Source: Eledone cirrhosa (Eukaryota). From it: DNA of 64,000 nt. This document shows, piece after piece, positions 14,293-27,280 of the stretch (within the stretch, counting starts at the first letter, position 1; each line of letters starts with the position of its first letter). A program made the position numbers and the translations under genes. The notes beneath the pieces were generated by a model that had not been told where the DNA came from, did not search any database, and saw nothing but the letters and a program-made list of their open reading frames with translations. The stretch is taken from NCBI GenBank assembly GCA_964016885.1, contig OZ024743.1, forward strand, positions 231,694,001 through 231,758,000, read 5' to 3'.

Positions 14293-14843
14293 CTTCTTTC
14301 TTTCTTTCTTTATTTTATTCTAGCCTAACAATAGCCTGACACCTAGGTCGTAGAATTTAATTTACTTTACTTTTTTCTTTACACTTATTTGCTTTTCTTC
14401 ACTCTCAGTATTTTTTCTTTCCTATTTCTACCCCCCATTGTTCTACCTACCGTTCCGACTTCCTCCCCCTCCCCCTCCCCTGTATCTTCTTTGACCTCAT
14501 GCCCAGCTGTAGCTGGCACTACCAACGCTTGATTGGGTCTACTCCACCCCCTCCCCTCTTTCTCCTACTGGCAGGTTTAGCCACCATCTCCCCTACTAAT
14601 TTGCAACCACAGAATTACTACTGATTTTTGACAATCACTTTGACCATATATGGAATTACCCCTTGAGAAGATCGGCTATTTAAATACCAGGATAAATTTT
14701 CATTTAGTCCAGAATTAGCCGTCGAAACGGCTTGCGCTCAGCTGTCGGGGTCTTACTGGTTCCTATTACCCACTCTACTACCTCAAGTATTGAGTACTTT
14801 GGTGCGTTATGGTCCACCTGGTTCCTTACCACATTTCCTTCGT

Positions 14844-14844
<1 letters not shown>
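13432..14844 (+). mobile_element. Family-A non-coding element (longest copy) with a complete type I hammerhead near its 3' end, inserted in (TA)n
   Basis: Homologous to 46125-47126 and ending in the shared tail ..CCACATTTCCTTCGTT(TA)n. No credible ORF. Confidence 0.7.
14658..14751 (+). ncRNA. Type I hammerhead ribozyme, U3-A8 core variant
   Basis: Stem I ACCCC/GGGGT. Core TTGAGAA (14663-14669). Stem II GATCGGCTA/TAGCCGTC. GAAA at 14724-14727. Stem III CGGCT/AGCTG. Predicted GUC cleavage after 14746. Confidence 0.75.
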
Positions 14845-14937
<93 letters not shown>

Positions 14938-14942
<5 letters not shown>

Positions 14943-15440
14943 CTTAATAAAAATAATGAATAAAAACAAAGAAACAGTTCCTTATATTAAAAAAATCATC
15001 ATTTTACGATCGTTTCTAGGATATATATGTTTGTGTTGGTATGTATATCATATATATCTATGCAAAAGTTTTACAAACTGTCAGAGGGAATATACATACC
15101 TACATATATATATGCTGTCTTCACATATTATTTTTGAAGACAGCACATATATGTGTAGGTATGTATATTCCCTCTGATAGTTTGTAAAACTTTTACATAG
15201 ATCTATATGATATACATAGCGACACACACATATATATCCTAGAAACGATCGTAAAATGATGAATTGTTTAATATAAGGAACTGCTACTTTGTTTTTATTC
15301 ATTATTTTTATTAATTTATATTGATTCTGTTTTCGTGTGTTTTTCATCGAAATAAATGTTGAATACATCTTCTCTTTTCATGATATTTGGATTATATTGA
15401 GTTCATCATACGGATTGGATACTACCGTATATTTTGGTAG
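14938..15440 (+). mobile_element. Fold-back element (arms about 14938-15123 and 15135-15320, plus tail) with an HHR-like motif
   Basis: Inverted arms of about 185 bp with a short spacer. TTGAAGA (15134-15140)...GAAACGATCGTA (15242-15253), with TTATTT/AAATGA as stem I. TA-flanked. Confidence 0.7.
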
Positions 15441-15794
15441 ATTTATCTACATATATATATATATATATATATATAATAAAAAAGTAAAGGTTCGCTCTAC
15501 ATGGCTGAATACAATACATGTAATCTGAGTTTTTTGAATATCAGCAGACTGGCCGGTGGGTTTCCTGTATACGTGCGATAAATGGCCTGCTTTGCCACAT
15601 TCAAATAAATATAAGAAAATGTTCGCTCTACATGGATGAATACAATAAATGTAGAGTTTATTCTTCTGACATGGCTATAAGAATGAGTCTTGTTTGCATA
15701 ATTGCAAACGAATCGAATGTTCTTATTAATATTGGAAAAACTCAGATTGCATTTATATATGTATATATATATATATATACACATATATATATAT

Positions 15795-15947
<153 letters not shown>

Positions 15948-15996
15948 CATACACACACACAAACACACACACACACACATATATATATATGTATGT

Positions 15997-16831
15997 AATT
16001 AGAATTGGTGCTACCAAATAGCGATGTATACATGAATATATATATATATATATATATATAGTATATTTGTCAATATACTGTAAACTTAATTAAAAACATT
16101 TTGAAGATCTTGCGCTATTATTTTAAAGTAGTGACTATGTAACTTACTACTTTTTTCAACAAAGAAAGGGGGATAAGCTGACAGATCTGTTTCATACTGT
16201 TGGTAATCATCAGAGCTTAGCACTCACCGATGCCTGTTGAAAATTATAGATGTTGGATTCTTATAGAATTCCAGTAATAATCAGGAAACGGCAATCGCTC
16301 TGTATAATCAGTTCCTGATTATTACTGGAATTCTATAAGAATCTAACATCTATAATTTTAAACAGGCATCGGCGAGTGCTAAGCTCTGCTGATTACCAAC
16401 AGTATGAAACAGATCTGTCAGCTTATTTCCCTTTGTTTGTTGAAAAGATGAGTAAGTGACCTAGTCACTACTTTAAAATAATAGCGCAATGTCTTCAAAA
16501 TGTTTTTAATTAAGCATACAGTATATTGCCAAATATACTATATATATATTCATGTATACATCGCTATTTCAGAGCACCAATTCTAATTTTCAATTTTGGC
16601 TGGACCGGCAATCTCTCTGTATAATCAGTTCCTGATTATTACTGGAATTCTATAAGAATCCAACATCTATAATGTTCAATAGGCATCGGCGAGTGATAAG
16701 CTCTGATGATTACCAACAGTATGATACAGATCTGTCAGCTTATCTCCTTTTGTTTGTTGAAAAAAGAGGTAAGTGACATAGTCAGTACTTTAAAATAATA
16801 GCGCAAGGTTTCAAAATGTTTTTAATTAAGC

Positions 16832-16833
<2 letters not shown>
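15997..16833. mobile_element. Inverted-plus-tandem element of about 317 bp units carrying three minimal hammerheads (retrozyme/PLE pLTR-like)
   Basis: Arms 15997-16287 and 16312-16588. The segment 16607-16832 repeats 16289-16516. HHRs at 16174-16219 (-), 16380-16425 (+) and 16697-16742 (+). Confidence 0.8.
16174..16219 (-). ncRNA. Minimal type I hammerhead ribozyme (canonical core)
   Basis: Minus strand reads TAAGCT-CTGATGA-TTACCAACAGTAT-GAAA-CAGATCTG-TC-AGCTTA: 6-bp stem I, CUGAUGA, short stem II, GAAA, palindromic stem III and a GUC site. Confidence 0.85.
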
Positions 16834-16908
<75 letters not shown>

Positions 16909-16912
<4 letters not shown>

Positions 16913-17335
16913 AAAGAATAGAGGTGTAACACACAAGTTATTATATATTGGTAAACGGAATAGAAAATGCTGACAAATTGTTCACAGTTGAAAAATGGTT
17001 TAATTAGGAATAAAAGAGTATTAGTGATTATATGGGTTAGTATTCAGTTGTGGTTTTAAGTTTTTAAGTTTTTACCGGTTGCGCATTTCTAAATGCTTTT
17101 CAAAAATAATTTTGAGATAGAGTGTCCGTGCTGTTTGCTCTGATCAGAGCAAACAGCACGGACACTCTATCTCAAAATTATTTTTGAAAAGCATTTAGAA
17201 ATGCGCAACCGGTAAAAACTTAAAAACTTAAAACCACAACTGAATACTAACCCATATAATCACTAATACTCTTTTATTCCTAATTAAACCATTTTTCAAC
17301 TGTGAACAATTTGTCAGCATTTTCTATTCCGTTTA

Positions 17336-17345
<10 letters not shown>
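16909..17345 (-). mobile_element. Spacerless palindrome of about 404 bp (16942-17345) with an unpaired tail of about 33 bp (16909-16941), in (TA)n
   Basis: Centre CTCTGA|TCAGAG at 17143/17144, arms match by eye. Each arm has TTGAAAA-GCATTTAGAAATGC-GCAA-CCGG-TA, an HHR-like motif with GAAA changed to GCAA. Confidence 0.85.
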
Positions 17346-17388
<43 letters not shown>

Positions 17389-18550
17389 TATCGCGCATGT
17401 ATATGCACCTACACTAACACATTCATTCCCTTATATAGAAGGTACAAATATGCATCCTAAGATAAACACATATAAATGTATCCCCATTTATGAACACTCA
17501 CCAATTTATCTACAACATAAAAGATACACTAAATGCTAAGATTTGAAAATAAGATAAAATGCGTTTATTCCTACACGTCCAAATCTTCCTCACTACTGAC
17601 TTATATTTCTTCAAACCTTTAAATTATATCAACGCGTTGAGCTCATCCTAAAATGACGTGGCATTTACATACTATCATTATAATTCCCTACTTTCCTCTG
17701 AGCATCGTTTGCATAGTTCTACCTTTGCTATATATTATATTCGTTTTTTCCCGTTCTTTGCCAGGGAACGTTTCAACGAACCAAAGTATCGTCTTCCTCT
17801 CTTCCTCTGGTTGCAACGTTTTTTGAAATATTCACTTCTGCGTTCACAGATTGACTTTGTTAGTTTCAGAAGATCCCGTGAAAGCAGCGATTCTTTGCTT
17901 AAACTTTAATCTGTTATTTTAATAAATATATATATATGTATATATGTATATATATATATGTATATATGTATATATATATATGTATATATATATATGTATG
18001 TATATATGTATACGAGTGTGTATGTGTGTGTGTGTGTGTGTATATGCCTGTATATGAGCGCGTGCTTGTGTTTGTGAATGTATCTATGCGTGTATTAACT
18101 CCATAGAAGTGTCACACTTTTCCAACTTGGTCACTGACAGCTTCATTTGTATCTGTTAGAAATAAACTACTGGTATGTTTATATAAGCCCCAAGAGCTTT
18201 ACTACTCCCCTATCCTTCTCCATGTTCACCTTTATAAAAACTTTAGAACTGTATATTCAGCTATTTTCACTTTGACAATTGAGCCTTTATTCAATTCTGA
18301 TTCGGTTCTAAGTCGCATCTCTCTAGGTGTATCATACGTATATTGATTTATTCAATATGTTATCATTATTCGTTTATTAAATAGTGCTTAGCAATAGAAC
18401 ATTTTTTTCTCGTGGGAGCTGTTTTTCAACAATTCAAAGCATCATACGCTATATACGTATTCATATGTTAAGTTGTTTCTGTGTCTGAATAGGATAAGGC
18501 TAAGTTGATGTAATTAATCGTTAAGATAAAATATAATTTAATCATATCAT

Positions 18551-18645
<95 letters not shown>

Positions 18646-18745
18646 TATATATATATATATATCACATATATTTCATATATATATATATATATCATATATA
18701 TATATATATATATATATGATATATACATGTATATATGACATATAT

Positions 18746-18822
<77 letters not shown>

Positions 18823-19194
18823 ATGTGGGGAGTACATTATGACGCAGTAACCACATAAAGAGTTATATTAACACTACACAATATAACTCATCAATATACT
18901 CGTCTATTGGCCATGTGATAGGTTTTATTAAAGAACATTTCTGACGTTGATATACTTTTATAAAAAACCTTCCTATCATATTATTAGACATCAGCTATTG
19001 AGTGGTGGAATTGTAGTATTAGTGTTGGTTGTGTGAAATAGGAGGTGGTGTTTGTGTTGGTTCGCATTCATTGATTGACTCACTTAATGATTACATGGAT
19101 TGTGGGGACTGATTTGTGAATTTTGTAAGGAGTCCGTATTTCTTCAATATACTTGGTTTTTTGCTTTCTTTTTATTTCTGTAGACATTTTATAT

Positions 19195-19248
<54 letters not shown>

Positions 19249-19524
19249 TATGAAGAGAGAAGAAACATTTAGATATAATTAGTAATAAAATGTATCATAC
19301 CTAAACTGCTCCTAAATTCCTCGACTACGTAGTTTCGTGGCATAAACAAAAACAATATATCATAAAGATATAGAGTCCTTGCGAGGTCTACCTCATTTTA
19401 CTAGTCTCAAGAACGCGTCTACACGACGTGAGAAAGAATCCCAAAAGGCGGAGGGGGAGATAGTCACGCGATATAACGGTCGAGAAACAGAGCTAAGCCT
19501 CTTATAACCACGAAGAAAATACCA

Positions 19525-19586
<62 letters not shown>

Positions 19587-19849
19587 AAGGCGCATGGCTT
19601 AATGGTTAAAGCATTGGGCTTGCAATCGAAAGGTTGTGAGTTCAATTCTCGGACAGGGTGATATGTTGTTTCCTTGAGAAAGACACTTTATTTCACGTTG
19701 CTCCAGTTTACTCAGCTGTAGAAATGAGTACCGGCCTGCCCGCCCAGCCAATGGGTTGGCGTTATCTTATGGCTAAAACATCATGACGTGCTGTGACCCG
19801 CGGCGCCGATTGGCGCCCGACAGACTGGTCGGTCAAGGTGATCGAGGTG

Positions 19850-19850
<1 letters not shown>
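19587..19850 (+). mobile_element. tRNA-derived SINE
   Basis: GGCGCATGGCTTAATGGTTAAAG (A-box), GAGTTCAATTCTC (B-box) and CCTTGAGAAAGACACTTTATTTCACGTTGCTCCAG. Related copies at 5232, 32755, 45738 (-) and 53270. Confidence 0.7.
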
Positions 19851-19882
<32 letters not shown>

Positions 19883-19908
19883 CATTGTTTATATATATAT
19901 ATGGTTTA

Positions 19909-20818
19909 TCTATATATATAAAACTGTGGTTGTCTGTCTGTCTATGGATTTTTGGCACACATCTCCTCTTAGAATCTCTGACGGAATTGCACCGAAATTG
20001 CTATACTTGTACATTGAGCCCTAGCGAAGACATCGGAAAAAAAATATTTCAAATTGACCCACCCTATGTGACGAAATCGAATATAATGTATCGATTTTTG
20101 AGCGTAAGTTATCAGTTATTTCCCTTTGTTCTGTTTACATTGAGCGTCTTACGTAAAACATTACGCTGGCTTTCTCAGCGTTTAAAATGACATTAACACA
20201 ATACACGAACAGTTGTCGAGCCAGCAAAATATTGACCTGCAAAATTCATCAGTTCGAACACTAAGCTTCCGTTTTGCTTCATTTCCATTTAAAAGCAATT
20301 TAAAACAATATTTTTACTTGAAAATAAGTCTATTTAAAGACTACGTAAAACAAGCAAATATTTCGTCGTTAGGCGTGCAGACAGACAGTCGTGCAGACAG
20401 ACAGTCGTGCAGAGAGGTGATATAGGCGTGCAGACAGACAGTCGTGCAGAGAGGTGATATAGGCGTGCAGACAGACAGTCGTGCAGAGAGGTGATATAGG
20501 CGTGCAGACAGACATAACTGATAATTTGGTTACGCTAATGTTTTTCTCTGCGTTGCAGTGTTTACATTTTCGATCTTTGTTAATAAATAACCAGTGCAGT
20601 TTCTATCCCCAGCATCCTCTTTTGTTATAACATTCGGGTTATCGTTATGTTTTCTTAACTTCATAAGGCATATTGTTGGTTGAGGGAATATTAATCAAAA
20701 ACACCACATGCAAGTCTGCACAGTAGACACTACAGTTTTTAAGCCAAGAAAGAAACTTAACATTGTAACTTTAACACAGCTACTGAGCGACCCGAGCAAC
20801 GCCGGGCTTTACTGCTAG
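19909..20818 (+). mobile_element. Non-autonomous Helitron
   Basis: Starts A|TCTATATATATAAAA..GTCTGTCTGTC. Ends with the hairpin CCCG-AGCAACGC-CGGG (20791-20806), then CTAG|T. No TSD. Internal tandem repeat of about 37 bp at 20370-20512. Confidence 0.75.
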
Positions 20819-20836
20819 TATATATATATATGTATG

Positions 20837-20867
<31 letters not shown>

Positions 20868-20871
20868 GGTT

Positions 20872-20930
<59 letters not shown>

Positions 20931-20989
20931 GTATGTATATATATATACATATATATATATACATATATATATATTTATACATACATATA

Positions 20990-21036
<47 letters not shown>

Positions 21037-21043
21037 TATATAT

Positions 21044-21850
21044 ATAATCAAGATTTAGCAAAGAAGAACAAGTTTTAAAATAAATTTTAAAAAATTCACT
21101 GTACCTGTATGGTTACCTTTACCGTACGGTTTCGCGTCTCAAAAATAAATGGATAGTCCTTACGGGCCTGCATTGAAAAGAAAGACTCTCGTCAGAAGGC
21201 TCTTTTCACTCGGAGAATATAAAATTCCCGAGTTCGAATTACGAACTGGCGCTATTCAAAATTGTTCCCCAGATGAGAATGAATGATGTGGAAGCAATTC
21301 TGTCCAGTGCCGTGTGCAAAGATAGAAGGCAGAGGCGGAAAGGTCAATACAATTCCACTAGAAATAGCATCAGTCAAAACGACCAAATGTTATACGACCA
21401 GGGGGAGATTAATAATAATAAAGTATATATCCCTACACGCAAAATACATATTGGGACACAAGTATAATCCAACCATATGCCAATATGGTTCTATGGCAGG
21501 TTCATCATTCATTCTCATCTGGGGAAAAATTTTGAATAGCACCAGTTCGTAATTCGAACTCGGGAATTTTATATTCTCCGAGTGAAAAGAACCTTCTGAC
21601 GATGGTCTTTCTTTTCAATAGAGGCCCGTAAGGACTATCCATTTATTTTTGAGACTCGAAACCGTACGGTAAAGGTAACCATAGCAGGTACAGTGAATGT
21701 TTTTTAATGTATTTTAAAACTTTTTCTTATTTGCTAAACATTGATTATATATGTTCAGGCTCGTTAATTTATTAACCTGCCATAGAACCATATAGGCATA
21801 TGGTTGGATAATACATGTGTCCCTATATGTATTTTGCGTGTAGGGATATA
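21044..21850 (+). mobile_element. Fold-back element (arms 21044-21288 and 21503-21750, tail to about 21850) with a hammerhead in each arm
   Basis: Inverted arms of about 245 bp, TA-flanked. The spacer holds an inverted copy of the tail. Confidence 0.8.
21591..21676 (+). ncRNA. Type I hammerhead ribozyme
   Basis: ACCTT-CTGACGA-TGGTCT...AGACTC-GAAA-CCGTACGG-TA-AAGGT. A mirror copy lies on the - strand at about 21115-21200. Confidence 0.8.
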
Positions 21851-21886
21851 TATATATATCTATATATATATGTATATATATGTATG

Positions 21887-21966
<80 letters not shown>

Positions 21967-22026
21967 TTATATATATATATATATGGTTTATATATATATA
22001 TATATATATATATAAACCAATAAACC

Positions 22027-22057
<31 letters not shown>

Positions 22058-25000
22058 AATAAACCATATATATCTATATATATTTCCATCTGTCTATCTA
22101 TAAACATATCGTGAGAGAGTGAGGGGAGAAAGTGAAATATATGGATTTAGTGACTAAGAGATTAATGTGCTCAAAATGTTTTAGAGACAGCGTGTAGATC
22201 TGGCGGGTAGTTGACAAAATGCATGAAATCTGAAAGCAATCTATGCAGACCAGACTATATCATTGATGTTTTTTGTGATCGTCTTCCCAATAGTGATGAT
22301 ACTACTGGAGCTTATCTTTGCTGTAATAGTGATGATATCAGTGATGCTAACATAAGTATTAATTGTATTAACGCTGGTTATTAGTAAAGTAAAATGTTAT
22401 AAATGGATATATTTGATATTCACAACAGTGAAAGTAAATACCGATTAATATTTATAGGGTGATTTAGGGAAGTATGTTTGAAACAAGTACCACAAGTTGA
22501 AATTTGAATTTAGGATATTAGTGTCATTTAACAAAAATTAATTTTGAATGTTTTTATTGTTCTTTCTTTGAGCAGGATACATAATACGTTGATAACATTA
22601 AAATTAATACTATTGTTGTAAAGTGTCACTTTATGTTACTATCTATAATCTTGACGATTTTGCTCTACGATTATGACATCTAAAAAAATGTTATGTCGCA
22701 TAAATCCTTATACTAGAAGTTTAACAGAATCTGTTAAAATGTGTAATATATTGATTTCCCATTAACATAAATATTTTACATCTTCGTCACCGATAGATCA
22801 CTTATGATGGCATCGTACAATCATATAAAAACTCTTTACAACGAAGGTTTCTGTCCAAAACGTTAAATTATTCCTATTCTTCACACCAAATATCTTTGCT
22901 TAATATGTTAAAAGTTTATACTCAGTAATTAGCGATGTAGACCATCAATAATTTTCTTGATATATAGTTCATTTGGATTTAATACAATGGAGTTTGCTTT
23001 CGACAGTATCTATAAGCAAGCACTATATCATTTTAATTTTAAATTCTTATAAATATCTTTTCAACACACGGTATTTTCTATATTTTTATTTCTTTTTTAA
23101 TGTTATATTGAATTCCTATATTGGTTAAAGATCTAAAAACAGATTGTACTATCTATGAAAATATACAAATTTTGAAGTCAGTCACACATAAGATTACAAT
23201 ATAAAGAAAATACCTCTTTGTCGGAGATAGTGTATATATAGTTATCTATATAGCATATATGAGACATCGCATTTATTTTTTGTGATTAACCCTTTACAAC
23301 AGATGGAATAATAAGTGCACTTTACTGACGCAAATGTGACTTGGGCATTATAAACCTAGTGGAGCGCATCACATGTCTAAATGGGGCCGACTTTTTCCAG
23401 AGAAAGGGAGACATCGTAATTAAAAAGAAGTAGAGAAAGAATGGTCCTCAGTATTCGAGAGACACATTATTTATTGAATGCAAAATTATAAAAGCCAGAG
23501 TTGACATCGGTGAGATTTGAAATCAAAACAGTAACCCGGACGAAATAGCGTGACGTTTAATGCAATCCCATATTTGTTGCCAATTCGCATTTATTACTAT
23601 ATGATTTCGGCTACTTTCTTCCTTCTACATATAATATTTTATGAATATTGCATTCATTATTATGATTGCTTCTATGTGCAGAAACTCATTTTTAGTAGGC
23701 GGATTATAATATTTCAACAGGTTTTGTATTTTAAATTAATATAAAGATTCAATATAAATAAGTAATCAATTACACATACATTTTCTTTTTTCTTTTGTCA
23801 GATTATATATCAACGAATTCTTGATAAAGAGTAAATAGCTGATCCAATGTATATTCAGATAGTTTCAACTAACTGTTTAATGCATTTATTTTTTAATCAA
23901 GTGACTATGTGCGCGTTTCCGCATGTGTACAAAATTGTCAAATTACCTCCTATGTCACACATATCAAATTTAAAATAAGCGTCAGATCAATATATTGATC
24001 TCTTTTTTTCACAAAACTTAAAAACCTATATTTCAAAGGAAGTAGAACGTGCGATATTCAAGTGATGTGATATTTTCTCTCTCGTATTTTGCATTGCATC
24101 CTACCTTCATTCTGTATGTTTTACTTGTGGAAAATATGTGATGTGGCGTACAATATGGTGAAAAACTGCAAGAGATTAATTGATGTTGATTATATAATCA
24201 CTATTTGACCTTGGGCTATCTCTGAAAAGGCTAATCTAGACCTGCCAACCTCTAAAATCCCTAAAGTGGACTACCATGAAAGAAGGTGCCCCAAAACGGT
24301 GAAATGAGACAATATAGGGAGATTTTACATAATGAAAGCTATACCCATTTTCACAAGAGAAGGCATCTATCACTCAGCCTAAAGTGGGTTGGAGGTCTCC
24401 CCCTCGGACTGGGAGAGTCGACAGGTCTGCCAATCTGTAACAAAACCTATTTCAGCCGTGAACATTAAAAATTATTTTTCAGGGCCTGAATATGACTTAT
24501 AAAATCTTTTGTCTCCATTGCTCTATTCTAAAATGCTTTGGCGTTATTTGGGTGGACATTTGGCGGCTACCTTTAGTAAATGACCAAATTGGATCGTTAT
24601 CTCAATAGCTTTTGTTATTACTGTTGTTAAATAATATCAACCCGTATGAAATTGAATTTGAATACAAGAACGTCAATTGTGAACTTTGCATTTTTGTTCT
24701 TCATTAGTAACAATGAAGCTGACATTTCACGTTGCTATGGAACCTTTTTTTAAAGATGTTTGAATACGTTATAAGGGCCATTCGGCGGCTTTTTTTTTAT
24801 ATGTCAAATCAAGCGAGTAGTTAGAATTTTTCTAACCAATTTAGAGCAGTTCGTTCCTAGTTGGATATTTCAAAACATGCATGCGGATTTTAACATTTAT
24901 TATCAAGAGGCTGAATGTAGCAAGTGATGTGAAAATACTTCAGCCAGTATGAGATCTTGTTTTCTTCTTGTAATCTTTTCTCAAAATTTGGTATGAAAAC

Positions 25001-25589
25001 TTTTTTGTGGTTAGATTTCAATAAACTAAATGCATTATGTATATACCAATAGAGTAAAATGATAGACATATAAATAATAAATTTAGATATGCTTCTCATA
25101 ATATATTAACGTCAGCATCTGTTACTTTGTTACTTTGTATATTGGGTAGAAAAGACAAGGCTAAAACGTGATAATTATCAATATCTTGGTAGACACAAAG
25201 AAATAGTATCACGATATTTGAATAAATACACGTATTGCAATATACTTACATCATTTCATAATTAGATGAAATTTTTCTGCAATAATATAGAAAAATTTTA
25301 AATGTTCATCATATATCTTTGTGTATTTATTTGAATTCTGTGTTTTCGTTTTTGTTTCTTTATTAATGAAATATCTTTCTCAGGAAATAACATAATTTTT
25401 TTGGTTTCTATACACTTAAATATTAATATTGTTACAGACTTTTGCTATTTTTTAATATTTACTTTTAAATCCTATAACATAATATGTTTTACTGTTTCTG
25501 TTTATATATGTACATACATACACATAAATATACACGGACACATACATAAACACGTCTACACATACATGTGTATATAAATATATATACAT

Positions 25590-25621
<32 letters not shown>

Positions 25622-25664
25622 TCATATGAGTATATATATATATAAATACAAACGTAGGCATCCT

Positions 25665-25748
<84 letters not shown>

Positions 25749-25752
<4 letters not shown>

Positions 25753-25847
25753 AGTAAGTAAGACCCCGACGGCTGAGCTCAAGCCGTTTCGACGGCTATT
25801 TTAGTACAGAATTAGCCGTCGAAACGGCTTGAGCTCAGCCGTCGGGG

Positions 25848-25848
<1 letters not shown>
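25749..25848. mobile_element. Family-A palindromic mini-element in (TA)n
   Basis: ACCCCGACGGCTGAGCTCAAGCCGTTTCGACGGCTA-spacer-TAGCCGTCGAAACGGCTTGAGCTCAGCCGTCGGGGT. Confidence 0.8.
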
Positions 25849-25882
<34 letters not shown>

Positions 25883-25923
25883 ATTTATGTGTGAGAGGAG
25901 GCTACGTTTGTGCACATATATAC

Positions 25924-25966
<43 letters not shown>

Positions 25967-26913
25967 TAGCATGCTCGTGCATTTGAGTTTGTTAGTATTC
26001 TATGTTGAGAATGTTATTTTTTCATACAAAAACATATTCATTCAAATATATATCATTTTTTAAAAGTATTTTCCAGAAGAAAAACTTGTTAGTTTTATGT
26101 AAACTTCCATATGGAATTACTGAAAAAAATGTCTTATCATTCAATCTTCTCTTATCTTCAGCTCTCAGTCCTACTTGTTGTCTTAGTAAAGATATGCTAT
26201 TTTCTTTCTTTTCGGTTACGAATATTTGTATTATAGTGAGGGTGGTGGATTTTAAAAGAGGGAGAACAGTGTATAAAGATGTATGGTAAGGCTATTTACA
26301 TTAAGCGTTCAATCTCCATCACGGTTGACTACACTTTTTTGAGGAAATATATAAATACCTCCATTGAATTAATACTCCGATAATATACGGCACGTTCTCC
26401 GGAAACCCCGGTTTCGCAGCCCGCCATGCAAAGGAAAGGAAGATTTTTTTAAATACCGGGGCCTGTCCGATCGCTTCCTCTTCGCACCAGTCGCCGTCGA
26501 GACCAGAAGCGTACTTGAACCCCGTACTGTCGAGCTCCACAACAAGATCGCAAGGTCTACAGCCCCTCTGAGAAGGAGCTCCGCGAGATGGGGTGGGTGT
26601 TGCAGCGGGTGTCACTGACCATTGTCCACGAGAATGCTTTTGCGGTCTTGTCCATGGGACGCAGCCCAATTAAGCCGTGACCTAGCCCCAAGCCCAATCA
26701 TCCTCACCCTCACCCCATTTTTCTGTGACACTACAGGTCTTGCCATTCTCCCCATTTCCGGTTCTTGTTTTTTTTCTATCTTATACTCGGTTAAATCTTC
26801 TCATACAACACTTGTTTCAACGGTATAGTGACTAGTATATTACCAGTTCGATATGAACTTAGATTGATAGATAATTAGAAAGATAAATAGATTGAAATAT
26901 ATATATTGATATG

Positions 26914-27280
<367 letters not shown>

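Noticed and set aside
20370-20512. 37-bp repeats of CRISPR-like length
   Set aside because: Head-to-tail units with no unique spacers, no cas genes and a eukaryotic context; this is a minisatellite in a Helitron.
25749-25848. Family-A palindromes as MITEs or rho-independent terminators
   Set aside because: The arms are an inverted copy of the 3' part of a longer element, inner breakpoints vary, and sister copies have an asymmetric tail and an HHR. This fits inverted pseudo-LTRs better than TIRs.
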